Counted from the first letter of the stretch, positions 1-12,700 are shown. The stretch: 64,000 nucleotides of DNA from Pseudomonadota bacterium (GCA_041180165.1 JBEGSC010000003.1:92902-156901); one strand, 5' to 3'. Notes: generated from the sequence alone by a model not told the origin. Made by a program: numbers and translations.

Positions 1-1
1 G

Positions 2-304
2 AACTTTGTTGAAAATCCAGACATCTTGGCTGGCGTGGCGCAATCGGCGCGAGCGCAAAGCGGTGCTTTGTATTGCGTGGGATTCGCCGCTGAAAGTCAT
101 GATTTGCTCAAGCATGCCACTGCCAAACGCGAGCGCAAAAACGTGCCGTTGTTAGTCGGCAATATTGGTCCTGCGACGTTTGGCTTGGACGACAACGCTT
201 TGTTGTTGGTGGACGCACACGGTCACCAAGAACTGACGCATGCCAACAAACTGACCTTGGCGCGTCAATTGGTGGGCGAGATTGCCCGCCGTTTGACCCC
301 TTAA
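2..304 (+). CDS. coaBC: Phosphopantothenoylcysteine decarboxylase/ligase CoaBC, C-terminal part (5' truncated by window)
   Basis: Frame open from base 2 (NFVENPDIL...VGFAAES...KRERKNVPLLVGN); directly upstream of dut. Confidence 0.92.
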   Translation, partial: NFVENPDILAGVAQSARAQSGALYCVGFAAESHDLLKHATAKRERKNVPLLVGNIGPATFGLDDNALLLVDAHGHQELTHANKLTLARQLVGEIARRLTP

Positions 305-336
305 TTTTTCACACTCAATTTTTCATTTGAAGCACT

Positions 337-786
337 ATGAAACTCGACGTCAAAATTCTCGATCCCCGCATGGCCGACCAGCTGCCGCAATACGCCACAC
401 CTGGCAGCGCTGGCTTAGATTTACGTGCTTGTTTGGATGCGCCTATCACGCTCGAACCTAACGCTTGGCAATTGGTGCCCACGGGCATCGCCATTCATTT
501 GGCCGACCCTGCGTATGCTGCGCTCATCTTGCCTCGCTCAGGCCTCGGTCATAAGCACGGCATCGTGTTGGGTAATTTGGTGGGCTTGATTGACAGCGAT
601 TACCAAGGCCAGCTCATGGTCAGCGCTTGGAACCGCAGCGATGTGGCATTCACACTGGAACCCATGGAGCGTTTGGCGCAGTTGGTCATCGTGCCAGTGG
701 TGCAAGCGCAGTTCAATGTGGTGAATGAGTTTGCGGGCTCGACCGAGCGCGGCGAGGGCGGTTATGGCTCGACAGGTAAGAAGTAA
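337..786 (+). CDS. dut: dUTP diphosphatase
   Basis: [32 protein letters not shown] motifs. Confidence 0.98.
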   Translation: MKLDVKILDPRMADQLPQYATPGSAGLDLRACLDAPITLEPNAWQLVPTGIAIHLADPAYAALILPRSGLGHKHGIVLGNLVGLIDSDYQGQLMVSAWNRSDVAFTLEPMERLAQLVIVPVVQAQFNVVNEFAGSTERGEGGYGSTGKK

Positions 787-817
787 AACGCTGGCAATGC
801 GAAGTTAAGAACCCAAC

Positions 818-844
818 AAAAAGCAGCCCTCGGGCTGCTTTTTT
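818..844. terminator. Bidirectional intrinsic terminator
   Basis: AAAAAGCAGCCC-TC-GGGCTGCTTTTTT between convergent dut and slyD. Confidence 0.85.
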
Positions 845-862
845 GATGTGCAGAGATAGATC

Positions 863-1387
863 TCAGTGCAACAGATCGCTACCCGGCGCTTGCGGCTCAA
901 TTTTGAAGAAGCCTGTCCCTAAAGTGCCGCGCTCAAGTTCCTCTTGCGTGGCTTCACGCACAGCCTGCACATCGAGGTGGATGCGAATGGCAATTCCCGC
1001 GAGCGGGTGGTTGCCGTCAAGCACCACGTGTTCTGGGTAGATCTCGGTGACGGTGTAGAGCAAATCTTGCGGTGCATCTGGGTTGCAGCCTTGTGGCAGC
1101 GCGTGCCCTTCAAGCGTGTGGCCTTCTTCCAGCTCTTTCGGAAAGCGCGAACGCGCTTCTAAAAACACCAAGTTTTCGTCATAGTCGCCGAAGGCTTCCT
1201 CGGGTTCGAGTTGCAAGTCGATGTGGTCGCCCACGCTGTGGCCTTGCAGGGCTTCTTCGATCTTGGCCAGCAAATCATCGCCACCCACTAAAAATTCAAC
1301 TGGGCTGTCTAATTCATCGAGCACTTCGCCCAAAGTGTCTTTCAAGGTCCAAGTTAAGCCGACCACGCAGTGTTGTGTAATTTCCAT
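863..1387 (-). CDS. slyD: FKBP-type peptidyl-prolyl isomerase, SlyD-like
   Basis: LEPEEAFGDYD and VVLDGNHPLAG...VREAT motifs; start moved to MEITQHCVV (ATG at 1387). Confidence 0.85.
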   Translation of the reverse strand: MEITQHCVVGLTWTLKDTLGEVLDELDSPVEFLVGGDDLLAKIEEALQGHSVGDHIDLQLEPEEAFGDYDENLVFLEARSRFPKELEEGHTLEGHALPQGCNPDAPQDLLYTVTEIYPEHVVLDGNHPLAGIAIRIHLDVQAVREATQEELERGTLGTGFFKIEPQAPGSDLLH

Positions 1388-1406
1388 AGGGCAAAATTGT
1401 CGCACG

Positions 1407-2537
1407 ATGCATGTGAACAAACCCCTGACCCTGCTCGGCGGCATCAGCCCCGCCGAATTTATGAGTACCTATTGGCAACGTAAGCCCTTGTTGGTGCGTC
1501 AAGCCATCCCTGAATTCAAAGCGCTGCTCAGCCGTCCTGAGCTGTTCGACTTGGCCGAACACAACGAGGTCGAATCTCGCTTAGTCATTGGCTCCAATGG
1601 CGGCAAGCGCGATTGGCAAATGCAGCGCGGTCCGTTCAAACGCCGCGCCATTCCTAAGCTGACCGAACGTGATTGGACTTTGTTGGTGCAAGGTGTGGAC
1701 TTGCATGACGACCGTGTGGCTGCTTTGATGCAGCAATTTCGCTTCATCCCAGACGCCCGTTTGGACGACGTGATGATCAGCTACGCCACCGAAGGCGGCG
1801 GTGTAGGGCCGCACTTTGACAGCTATGACGTGTTTTTGTTGCAAGCCCACGGCCAGCGCCGCTGGCGCATTGGCCGACAAAAAGACCTTTCACTCGTGCC
1901 CGACATGCCCTTGAAGATTTTGGCCAATTTCAAGCCAGAGCACGACTGGGTGCTCAATCCTGGCGACATGCTGTATCTGCCGCCGCGTTACGCACACGAC
2001 GGCATTGCACAAGGTGAGTGCATGACTTACTCGATAGGTTTTCGCGTGCCCCAAGCCGGCGACCTCGCTCGTGAGTTGCTGGTGCGTTTGAGTGAAGGTG
2101 CAGAGGATGTTGCGGGTTGCGATTTGTACAAAGATGCCACTCAGCCTGCTGTGTCCAAACCTGCCGCTATGCCTGACGGTTTGGCTGAGTTTGCGAAATC
2201 AGCACTTCAAAAAGCGCTAAAAGATCCTAAAGCGCTGCAACGTGCTTTGGGTGAGTATCTGACAGAGCCTAAAGCCAATGTATGGTTTGAGATGGGTGAT
2301 ATGCCAAACAAGCTCAAATCCGTGCGCTTAGACCGTCGAAGCAAGATGATGTATGACGCACATCACATTTTCCTCAATGGTGAAAGCTGGCGTGCCGCTG
2401 GAAAAGATGCGACTTTGATGCGTCAGCTGGCAGATTCGCGTCAATTAAGTGCAGATGAGATCAAAAAGGCCAGTCCCGAAGCTTTAAGCCTATTGCTGGA
2501 GTGGTGCGACGACGGTTGGCTTCATGCAGTTCAGTGA
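1407..2537 (+). CDS. JmjC/cupin ribosomal protein uL16 arginine hydroxylase family (RoxA/YcfD-like)
   Basis: YWQRKPLL, RLDDVMISYA..GGGVGPHFDSYDVFLLQ, PGDMLYLPP..AHDG; start at ATG 1407. Confidence 0.88.
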   Translation: MHVNKPLTLLGGISPAEFMSTYWQRKPLLVRQAIPEFKALLSRPELFDLAEHNEVESRLVIGSNGGKRDWQMQRGPFKRRAIPKLTERDWTLLVQGVDLHDDRVAALMQQFRFIPDARLDDVMISYATEGGGVGPHFDSYDVFLLQAHGQRRWRIGRQKDLSLVPDMPLKILANFKPEHDWVLNPGDMLYLPPRYAHDGIAQGECMTYSIGFRVPQAGDLARELLVRLSEGAEDVAGCDLYKDATQPAVSKPAAMPDGLAEFAKSALQKALKDPKALQRALGEYLTEPKANVWFEMGDMPNKLKSVRLDRRSKMMYDAHHIFLNGESWRAAGKDATLMRQLADSRQLSADEIKKASPEALSLLLEWCDDGWLHAVQ

Positions 2538-2697
2538 GTTTTGATTCATGACTCGCAGCTGACAAAGGGTATTTAACACTTATAGGAATTACCCTATAAT
2601 CTTGTCTGGGTTAAATAGCTCGAGCTGGTTAGCCCAGTTGTGGTGCAAACCATAGCAATTTCCGGAAATTGTTTTCATCCCCTTAAGGAATATTCAC

Positions 2698-2877
2698 ATG
2701 AACAAGTCAATCCTGTTGGCATCTTTGTTGGCTGCTGCCGCTCTCGTCGCTTGCGGTAAAAAAGAAGCTCCTGCTGTTGAAGCCGCACCAGCTGCTGCCG
2801 CTTCTGCACCAGTTGAAGCTGCTTCTGCTGTGGCTTCTGAAGCCGCTGCACCAGCTTCTGACGCTGCCAGCAAGTAA
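2698..2877 (+). CDS. Small Ala/Pro-rich lipoprotein (59 aa, not in ORF track)
   Basis: MNKSILLASLLAAAALVAC-GKKEAPAVEAAPAAAASAP...ASK*; AAGGA RBS, lipobox LVAC, followed by terminator. Confidence 0.85.
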   Translation: MNKSILLASLLAAAALVACGKKEAPAVEAAPAAAASAPVEAASAVASEAAAPASDAASK

Positions 2878-2896
2878 TCAGTTTTCGGACTGACTG

Positions 2897-2923
2897 AAAA
2901 AGCCACCCGAGGGTGGCTTTTTT
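2897..2923. terminator. Bidirectional intrinsic terminator
   Basis: AAAAAGCCACCC-GA-GGGTGGCTTTTTT. Confidence 0.85.
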
Positions 2924-2947
2924 CATGCGAGTTTCAAAACCGGTTGA

Positions 2948-3733
2948 TCAGACTGTGACCCACTCAGCGCCTGTCACAGCGTCAGCAACATTCACCTCAG
3001 ACGGTGGGCAATTTAAGGCTTCGCTCAGGCTTGCACGTGCCAGCTGTGGCGTGTTGTTGCGTTCGCTCAAGTGGGCTGCCATGACGTAGCTCAATTGGTC
3101 GTGCAGTACCCGTTGGATTAAATCTGCGGCAGCGTGATTGGCCAAGTGCCCCCAAGGGCCCGCCACTCGCTGCTTTAGAAAATTTGGATAAGCCGAGGCC
3201 TGTAACAAGTCTGGGTCATGGTTGGCCTCAACCAATAAAGCGTGACAGCCCTGCAGCGAGGCCACGACATGGGATGATGGATGGCCCAAATCAGTGACGA
3301 TGCCCAAATGCCGGTTGCCATCACTACAGCGCAACTGCAATGGCTCGCGTGCATCGTGCGGCACGGTGAACGGAAGGGCTTGCAAGTTGCCAAGTTCGAT
3401 GGTGCAGCCATCACGCGCTACATTCAGCAAATGCGAGTGTGGTTTCCAAGTTTCATTGCTGAGTGCCAGCCACGTACCTTGGCTCATCCACAACGGTGTT
3501 GAATAGCGTTTGACAAAGCTCCGAGCGCAACCAATATGGTCGCCATGTTCGTGGGTGATGAAGATCGCGTCTAAATCCTCGGCACAGGTGCCTGCTTCGA
3601 TCAAACGTGCTTCGAGATCGCGCAGTCGTAAACCGCAGTCAATCAGTAAGCGGGTGACATGTGCGCCACTTTGGGCTTCAACCAATGTGGCGTTGCCTGA
3701 GCTGCCACTGCCCAGACTCTTAAAGCGCAGCAT
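2948..3733 (-). CDS. MBL-fold metallo-hydrolase (YycJ/PhnP-like)
   Basis: SLGSGSSGN, THEHGDH, VPHDAREP, EANHD, GHLAN, HLSERNN. Confidence 0.9.
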   Translation of the reverse strand: MLRFKSLGSGSSGNATLVEAQSGAHVTRLLIDCGLRLRDLEARLIEAGTCAEDLDAIFITHEHGDHIGCARSFVKRYSTPLWMSQGTWLALSNETWKPHSHLLNVARDGCTIELGNLQALPFTVPHDAREPLQLRCSDGNRHLGIVTDLGHPSSHVVASLQGCHALLVEANHDPDLLQASAYPNFLKQRVAGPWGHLANHAAADLIQRVLHDQLSYVMAAHLSERNNTPQLARASLSEALNCPPSEVNVADAVTGAEWVTV

Positions 3734-3760
3734 GGCGCATTCGATCGGATCTACGCTGAA

Positions 3761-4867
3761 TCAGCGCAGATCATCTGCCAACAGTTTCAAGATCCGCTGC
3801 GTGACAGGTGTGTTCTCGGTTTTACCTGCGGCGTCTTGTACGGTGACTTCTGTCGAATTAGCCGCTTTGCGAACGACAATTCGGTACTTCACAGGCCCTG
3901 TTGCTTCAGGCTTTTTGCTGAACATGCTGCTGAAGAAACCTTTTTCCTCTTTGGGTGTGGTGTCCACATAGCGCACAAAGTAGACGCCTTGCGCACGATC
4001 GCGGTCTTCGACGGTAAAGCCCGTGCGGTCTAAGGCCAAGCCCACGCGCCGCCATGCCACATCAAATGAGTCGCTGATATTTAGCAACGTGGCGTTGCCT
4101 TGCGTCAACAAGCTTGTTTTGCTTGCAGCGGTTTCAGTCGCTGCAGTGTTGGCTTTGGCTTGGTCGGCAGAAACACCAAGCTTGATCATCAAGCGGCTCA
4201 AAAACTCAGCTTCCAGCTCGGGATCGTTGGGGCGCGGGACCCAGATGGTGCTAGTTTTACTTTGGTCTTTAAACTCTTCAACCATGCCGCGGTGTGTGAC
4301 GTAAATATCTACACCGCCTGCGCTGTTGCGTTCAATGCGTGTGCGGAACTTGTCACGCTCGCCAGATGAGTACAAACCATCCAATACTTTACCCAAGGTG
4401 CGTCGCACCAAGTCTTGTGGAATTTTGGCCCGGTTTTCTGCCCATTCGGTTTCGAGCAAGCCGATTTGCTGCTGCTCGATGGTGTAAGCAAATCCATTTT
4501 CTTTCCAAAAGTCTTGAACGATCGGCCACACTGAGTCGGCAGAGCGGTTCACGACCAACCAACGTTGTTTGCCGTCTCGCTCGATGCGCACGTCGTTAAC
4601 TTGCTTGGCTGCTGTAGCTGCCACAGTTGGGGCAGGACGCACGGCCATGCCGCTGGCCGTGACGGGGCCACCCGGAACCGCGTAGCGTGTGTCGCGGGTC
4701 AGTTGGGTGAGGTCTGGTGGGATGTCCAGCGGCACGACCTTGGTGCCGCCTTGGGTTTTGTAATTGACCTTATCGCCATCCAAGATGGAGGAGCAGCCGC
4801 TGAGCAATGCAAGGGTTGTCACTGCAACTGCTGTGCGATTTGAAGCAAAAGAAATTTTCACAACCAA
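3761..4867 (-). CDS. bamC: Outer membrane protein assembly lipoprotein BamC (NlpB/DapX)
   Basis: Lipobox LSGC, LDIPPDL, ETEWAENRAKIP, FTVEDRDR; downstream of dapA; exact start uncertain. Confidence 0.9.
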   Translation of the reverse strand: MVVKISFASNRTAVAVTTLALLSGCSSILDGDKVNYKTQGGTKVVPLDIPPDLTQLTRDTRYAVPGGPVTASGMAVRPAPTVAATAAKQVNDVRIERDGKQRWLVVNRSADSVWPIVQDFWKENGFAYTIEQQQIGLLETEWAENRAKIPQDLVRRTLGKVLDGLYSSGERDKFRTRIERNSAGGVDIYVTHRGMVEEFKDQSKTSTIWVPRPNDPELEAEFLSRLMIKLGVSADQAKANTAATETAASKTSLLTQGNATLLNISDSFDVAWRRVGLALDRTGFTVEDRDRAQGVYFVRYVDTTPKEEKGFFSSMFSKKPEATGPVKYRIVVRKAANSTEVTVQDAAGKTENTPVTQRILKLLADDLR

Positions 4868-4881
4868 GGCCTTTGTAAAGG

Positions 4882-5775
4882 TTAGATCAAACCAGCGGCG
4901 CGTAATGCACCCTCCACCACAGGCTCATTGGCCTTGGTGAGTTCGGTCATGGGCAGGCGCAAGCTTGGGCCTGCGAGGCCCATGCGGTGCATAGCCCATT
5001 TCACGGGAATAGGGTTGGCTTCCACAAACAGGTGCTTGTGAACAGGCATCAACTTGAATTGAATGTCCATGGCGCGTTTGACGTCACCCGCAATGGCAGC
5101 CATGCACAGCTCGTGCATCAAGCGTGGGGCCACGTTGGCCGTTACGCTGATGTTGCCTTGGCCGCCGCACAGCATCAATGCCACGGCAGTGGGATCGTCA
5201 CCGGAGTAAACGGCAAAGCCTTTGGGTACATCGCGAATCAGCCATTCGGCGCGTTCGATGTTGCCAGTGGCTTCTTTGATGCCCACGATGCCTGGCACTT
5301 GGGCCAAACGCAGCACGGTGTCGTGTGCCATATCGGCCACAGAGCGGCCGGGCACGTTGTACAAAATCACAGGCAAGTCCACCGCTTCGGCGATGGCTTT
5401 GAAGTGCAGGTATTGGCCTTCTTGCGTGGGCTTGTTGTAGTAGGGCACGACTTGCAGCTGGCAATGTGCACCCACCTTTTTGGCGTACTTGGCCAGCTCG
5501 ATCGCTTCAGCGGTCGAGTTCGCGCCGCAGCCAGCCATGATGGGCACATGACGCTCGGTGTGTTGGGCGGCTTGTTCGACGGCCACGCGAATGATTTCGC
5601 AGTGCTCTTCCACATTCACTGTGGGGGACTCGCCGGTGGTGCCCACGACGCCAATGCAGTCGGTGCCTTCGGCGATGTGCCAATCAATGAGTTTGCGCAG
5701 GGTGGGGTAGTCGACGCTGCCGTCTGTGTGCATGGGGGTGGTCAAAGCCACAATGCTGCCGGTAATGGGTGTCAT
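4882..5775 (-). CDS. dapA: 4-hydroxy-tetrahydrodipicolinate synthase
   Basis: GTTGES, PYYNKP, LYNVPGR, GIKEATG; start [11 protein letters not shown]. Confidence 0.97.
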   Translation of the reverse strand: MTPITGSIVALTTPMHTDGSVDYPTLRKLIDWHIAEGTDCIGVVGTTGESPTVNVEEHCEIIRVAVEQAAQHTERHVPIMAGCGANSTAEAIELAKYAKKVGAHCQLQVVPYYNKPTQEGQYLHFKAIAEAVDLPVILYNVPGRSVADMAHDTVLRLAQVPGIVGIKEATGNIERAEWLIRDVPKGFAVYSGDDPTAVALMLCGGQGNISVTANVAPRLMHELCMAAIAGDVKRAMDIQFKLMPVHKHLFVEANPIPVKWAMHRMGLAGPSLRLPMTELTKANEPVVEGALRAAGLI

Positions 5776-5830
5776 GTCCGCGAGTTCGGTCAAGGAAAAA
5801 CGTTCATTCTAGCGATTGCCAGTGACGTTT

Positions 5831-6388
5831 TTAGGAAGAAAGTGGGTAACGCACAGGTGTTTGTGCGTTGTTCGATTCGCTTACCGCCACGATGCGTTGT
5901 ACGAATCGTTCGGGTTGGGCCAAAAAGCCTTCTTCAAACGCCACCACACGAAGGTCTTGGCACATGGCCAGCAGCTCAGCCGTGCTCAGCAAAAAGTCTG
6001 GGCGCGAGGGCTTACCCACGGTTTCGTTGCCAGCAGAGAAGGTTTCGTAAATCAGCACGCCATTGGGCGCAAGGCTGGCCAAGATATGTGTCCACAGCGG
6101 CCGCCACAGGTAGTTGGTAACGACCACACCACCAAAGCTGCGCCCTTGCAGTGGCCAAGGTCCGTTTTCAATATCTGCACAAATCGCTTCGCCCAAAGGG
6201 CTGACGGCTGCAATCGCATCAGGGTTACGGTCGACACCTGTGACGGGGTGGCCAAGGCTTGCAAAGTGGCGCATATGGCGGCCGTGGCCACAAGCCAAGT
6301 CCAGTACATGGCAACCCGCAGGCAACAGGTGCGACCAACGGGCCACCCAGCTCGACGTGGGCTCTTGCCCATGAAGCACAGCGCTCAT
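5831..6388 (-). CDS. Class I SAM-dependent methyltransferase
   Basis: VLDLACGHGRH motif I; VVVTNYLWRP. Confidence 0.88.
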   Translation of the reverse strand: MSAVLHGQEPTSSWVARWSHLLPAGCHVLDLACGHGRHMRHFASLGHPVTGVDRNPDAIAAVSPLGEAICADIENGPWPLQGRSFGGVVVTNYLWRPLWTHILASLAPNGVLIYETFSAGNETVGKPSRPDFLLSTAELLAMCQDLRVVAFEEGFLAQPERFVQRIVAVSESNNAQTPVRYPLSS

Positions 6389-6389
6389 C

Positions 6390-6536
6390 TCAGAAACATC
6401 CCCAGACTTGGTCGGCCAAGGTCAGCAAGAACTCAGGCCGTAAATACATAGATAAAACCGCCAACAAAATCACCACGCACACCAAGCCAATTGCCAGTTG
6501 GCGAATCAAAGCTGAGCTGAACGGGAGACGCAACAT
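6390..6536 (-). CDS. Small single-TM membrane protein (48 aa, not in ORF track)
   Basis: MLRLPFSSALIRQLAIGLVCVVILLAVLSMYLRPEFLLTLADQVWGCF*; fills the gap between MFS and methyltransferase, stop 1 bp from next ATG. Confidence 0.7.
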   Translation of the reverse strand: MLRLPFSSALIRQLAIGLVCVVILLAVLSMYLRPEFLLTLADQVWGCF

Positions 6537-6554
6537 GGCTTGGATATTGGGCAG

Positions 6555-7781
6555 TTAAGCAGCAACGGTCTTTGGCGCATGGCTGCGCTCAATCGCGTTC
6601 TCATTCACTGGCATGTTGACCAGCGCTGCAAACACGCCAAGCGCAATGGAGATGTACCAAACAATGTCGTAGCTGCCGGTTTGGTCATACAAGTAGCCGC
6701 CCAGCCACACGCCCATGAAGCTGCCAATTTGATGGCTAAAGAACACAAAGCCGCCGAGCATCGACAAATGTGCCACGCCAAAAATCTGCGCCACCACCGC
6801 ATTGGTGGGCGGCACGGTGGAGAGCCACAGCAAGCCCATCACGCTAGAGAAGATGTAAACGCTCATGGGCGTGAGAGGTGCTAGCAAGAACAACACAATC
6901 GCCACCGAGCGCGAAAAGTAAATGAACGACAAAATTTTGCGTTTGGCCATGCGCTGGCCCAAACTACCAGAGATGTAAGTGCCAAACACGTTAAAGAGGC
7001 CAATCAGCGCCAAGGCAATGCTGGCCACTTCGGGTGACAAACCTTGGTCTTTGAGGTAACTGGGCATGTGCACACCGATGAACACCACCTGAAAGCCGCA
7101 CACAAAGTAGCCGGCCATCAGCAGCTGAAAGCTGCGGTAGTTAAACGCTTCACGCAGCGCATGCATGATGGACTGTTCGCGGTGCGGCGTAGCCCCGCCG
7201 GCAAAGCCGGGCTCACGCAAGCCATAAGCCAAAGGGATGACCAAGAGCGCCGCCATGGACAACCACACCAACGCCTCTTGCCAGCCGAAGGTGCTGATCA
7301 GGTAGCCCTCGGTCGGCACCATCAAAAATTGACCAAAGGACCCCGCAGCCGCAGCCACGCCCATGGCCCATGAGCGTTTCGCTGCGCTCACGTTACGGCC
7401 AATCACGCCGTAGATCACGGCATAGGTGGTGCCGGCTTGCGCAATGCCAATCAAGACACCAGCGGTCGCTGTGAACAGCGCTGGCGTGGACGAATAAGCC
7501 ATACCCAACAAACCCAGCGCGTAAAAAACAGCACAGGTGACGATGACGCGAAATGCGCCAAAGCGGTCAGCCAACATGCCAGAGAAGATGCCGGCAAACC
7601 CCCAAGTTAAGTTTTGAATGGCAATCGCCATGGCGAAGTTTTCGCGGGTCCAGTCTTGTGCTTGGGTGATAGGTTGCAGCCATAGGCCGAAGCCGTGGCG
7701 CACACCCATCGACAAGGTGACGATGGCGGCCCCGCAGGCCAAGACTTGCCACATGGGCAGGGTTTTGTGTGGGTGAGTCAT
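6555..7781 (-). CDS. MFS transporter
   Basis: Multiple hydrophobic helices, GMLADRFG motif; start MTHPHKTL. Confidence 0.9.
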   Translation of the reverse strand: MTHPHKTLPMWQVLACGAAIVTLSMGVRHGFGLWLQPITQAQDWTRENFAMAIAIQNLTWGFAGIFSGMLADRFGAFRVIVTCAVFYALGLLGMAYSSTPALFTATAGVLIGIAQAGTTYAVIYGVIGRNVSAAKRSWAMGVAAAAGSFGQFLMVPTEGYLISTFGWQEALVWLSMAALLVIPLAYGLREPGFAGGATPHREQSIMHALREAFNYRSFQLLMAGYFVCGFQVVFIGVHMPSYLKDQGLSPEVASIALALIGLFNVFGTYISGSLGQRMAKRKILSFIYFSRSVAIVLFLLAPLTPMSVYIFSSVMGLLWLSTVPPTNAVVAQIFGVAHLSMLGGFVFFSHQIGSFMGVWLGGYLYDQTGSYDIVWYISIALGVFAALVNMPVNENAIERSHAPKTVAA

Positions 7782-7922
7782 GACGCTGACTTTAACCAAA
7801 CTGCGCATCATGCGCTGTCGCGCGGGTTTGAGTAGGGCTCAAGTCCATGATTTGATTTGCGAAAAATATCAGTCTGTTGTTTTATACAGTATCAACTTTG
7901 AAACTGTCTACAATGCCGCCCC

Positions 7923-9898
<1,976 letters not shown>

Positions 9899-9902
<4 letters not shown>

Positions 9903-12241
9903 CCGATTTGTTAACCCCCGAACTGCCTACCGCTGATAACGACGGCGACATCGCGCTGGGCCACTACGCCCAACGCGCCTACCTTGAATACGCGCTCAGC
10001 GTGGTCAAAGGCCGTGCCTTGCCCGATGTGTGCGATGGCCAAAAGCCGGTGCAGCGACGCATTTTGTATTCGATGTCCCGCATGGGCTTGGGCTTTAACG
10101 GCAACTCAGGCGCCAAGCCTGTCAAGTGCGCCCGCGTGGTCGGTGACGTGCTGGGCCGCTACCACCCGCACGGTGACAGTGCCGCCTACGAAGCCCTCGT
10201 GCGCATGGCGCAAGACTTTGCGCAACGCTATCCCCTGATCGACGGCCAAGGCAACTTCGGCTCGCGTGACGGCGACGGCGCTGCGGCCATGCGGTACACC
10301 GAAGCCCGCTTGGCCAAAATCACGTCGCTGTTGCTGGACGAGATTGACGAAGGCACGGTTGACTTCCAGCCCAACTACGACGGCTCCACCGAAGAGCCCA
10401 AGCAGTTGCCCGCCCGTTTGCCATTTGCGTTGCTCAACGGCGCAAGCGGTATTGCGGTGGGTATGGCCACTGAGATTCCAAGCCACAACTTGCGCGAAGT
10501 GGCTGATGCGTGTGTGGCCCTCATCAAGTCGCCCAAGATGAGCGACGAGGAGCTGATGCAAGTGTTGCCCGGCCCCGACTACCCCGGTGGCGGCCAAATC
10601 ATCAGCAGCGCCTCTGACATTGCCGATGCCTACCGCACCGGTCGTGGCTCACTCAAAGTACGTGCACGCTGGGTCATTGAAGACTTGGCCCGTGGCCAAT
10701 GGCAATTGGTGGTCAACGAATTGCCACCTGGCGTAAGCAGCCAACGCGTGTTGGAAGAAATTGAAGAACTCACCAACCCTAAGGTCAAGACGGGCAAGAA
10801 GGCGCTGAGCGCTGAGCAAACCCAACTCAAGGCCACCGTGTTGGCTGTGTTGGATGTGGTGCGCGATGAGTCGAGCAAAGACGCTCCGGTGCGCTTGGTG
10901 TTCGAGCCCAAGACCAGCCGTATTGAGCAGCAAGAACTCATCACCACTTTGCTGGCGCACACCAGCTTAGAAACTTCGTCGTCTATCAACCTCACGATGG
11001 TCGGCATTGATGGTCGCCCTGTGCCCAAGTCGTTGCGTGAGATGTTGAACGAGTGGATCGAGTTCCGCTCTGCCACCATCCTGCGCCGCTCGCAGCACCG
11101 CTTGAACAAAGTGCTGGACCGCATCCACATCTTGGAAGGTCGCCAGTTGGTGTTGCTCAACATCGACGAGGTGATTGCCATCATCCGCAACAGCGACGAG
11201 CCTAAGCTGGCGCTGATCGAGCGCTTCAAACTCAGCGAGCGTCAAGCCGAAGACATCTTAGAAATTCGCCTGCGTCAGCTGGCGCGTTTGGAAGCCATCA
11301 AAATTGAGCAAGAGCTCAAAGAGTTGCGCGATGAACAAGCCAAGCTCGAAGACATCGTGGGCAACCCTTCAGCCCTGCGCCGCTTGATGGTGAAGGAAAT
11401 TGAAGCCGACGCAAAGACTTTTGCCGACCCACGCCGAACGCTGATTCAAGAAGAGAAAAAAGCTGTTGCCGAAGTCAAGGTCATTGACGAGCCTGTGACC
11501 GTGGTGGTTTCTGAAAAAGGCTGGGTGCGCGCACGCACCGGCCACGGCCACGAAGCCAGCGCCTTTGCCTTTAAGTCGGGCGACGGCTTGTACGGCACGT
11601 TCGAGTGCCGCACGGTGGACACCTTCATCGCGTTTGGCTCTAACGGCCGCATCTACTCTGTGCCTGTGTCTGCTTTGCCCGGCGCGCGTGGCGATGGCCA
11701 GCCCGTAACCACCTTGATTGATTTGGAATCGGGCACTCAATTGCTGCACTATGTCGCTGGTCCTGCAGGCGCCACGTACTTGCTCAGCAGCACGGGTGGC
11801 TATGGCTTCATGGCCAACATCGAGCACATGATTTCGCGCAACAAAGGCGGCAAAGCCTTCATCACCGTGGGCGAGGGCGAAACTGTGTGCCGTCCATCGC
11901 CTGCTAGCGGTGGCTCGGGCGCGCAGCCTTTTGCACCTGCCACGCATGTGGCGTGTGCTTCCACGGGCGGTCGCTTCTTGACCTTTGAGTTGTCTGAACT
12001 CAAAGCCATGGAAAAGGGCGGTCGCGGCTTGATGCTGATTGACCTAGAAGCCAAAGACACCTTGGCTGGTGCGGCTGCGTATACACGCAGCGTGCGCATC
12101 GAAGGCATTGGCCGTGGTGGCAAAGTACGCGAAGAAACGCTAGAAATTCGCAGCTTGAACAACGCCAAAGCCGCACGCGCTAAGAAGGGCAAAGTGGCTG
12201 ACTTGGGCTTTAAGCCCAATGCGGTGGTGCGGGTGGAGTAA
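9899..12241 (+). CDS. parC: DNA topoisomerase IV subunit A
   Basis: [32 protein letters not shown]; ATGA overlap with parE. Confidence 0.97.
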
Positions 12242-12301
12242 CTTGCAGCTAGCCAAATCGAAACGGCCCTTGCTTGCAAGGGCTGTTTGCTTTGTTGCAA
12301 T

Positions 12302-12330
12302 AAAAAAAGCGGCTCAACGAGCCGCTTTTT
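12302..12330. terminator. Bidirectional intrinsic terminator
   Basis: AAAAAAAGCGGCTC-AAC-GAGCCGCTTTTT; a second hairpin lies at about 12262-12287. Confidence 0.85.
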
Positions 12331-12345
12331 GTTGTCTGCCAAGAA

Positions 12346-12618
12346 TTAAGCCTTGGCTTTTTCTTTGGTGGCTGCCGCTGGGGTGGCGCCATCTGCAGGT
12401 GCTGCCTCTTTCTTGGGGGGGCTGCAGTCAAAACACACAAACATGGATGAACCCAAGATGCGCTTAAATGAGCCGTTGTTGCGGGGCTTGTGGATGCCGC
12501 ATTTGATGCAGCTCATGGTGTCGCCAGTACGGCCAAGGCCTTCGAAGGGGGAACCGCCTTTTTTCGACTTGTAGCGCAAACCATCGTTGGAGATTTCTGT
12601 TTTTTCTGGGCGTGACAT
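12346..12618 (-). CDS. Small basic protein with CxxC-x21-CxxC putative zinc ribbon
   Basis: MSRPEK...SCIKCGIHK...FVCFDCSPPKK, Ala/Lys tail, ends at terminator. Confidence 0.7.
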   Translation of the reverse strand: MSRPEKTEISNDGLRYKSKKGGSPFEGLGRTGDTMSCIKCGIHKPRNNGSFKRILGSSMFVCFDCSPPKKEAAPADGATPAAATKEKAKA

Positions 12619-12700
12619 TCGTTGTAGTTCTCGAGGCAAAGATGATATTTTCGCAAATTTATCAACCGTTCTGGCAAGCCGGCCTCAAAAACCTCAAAAT

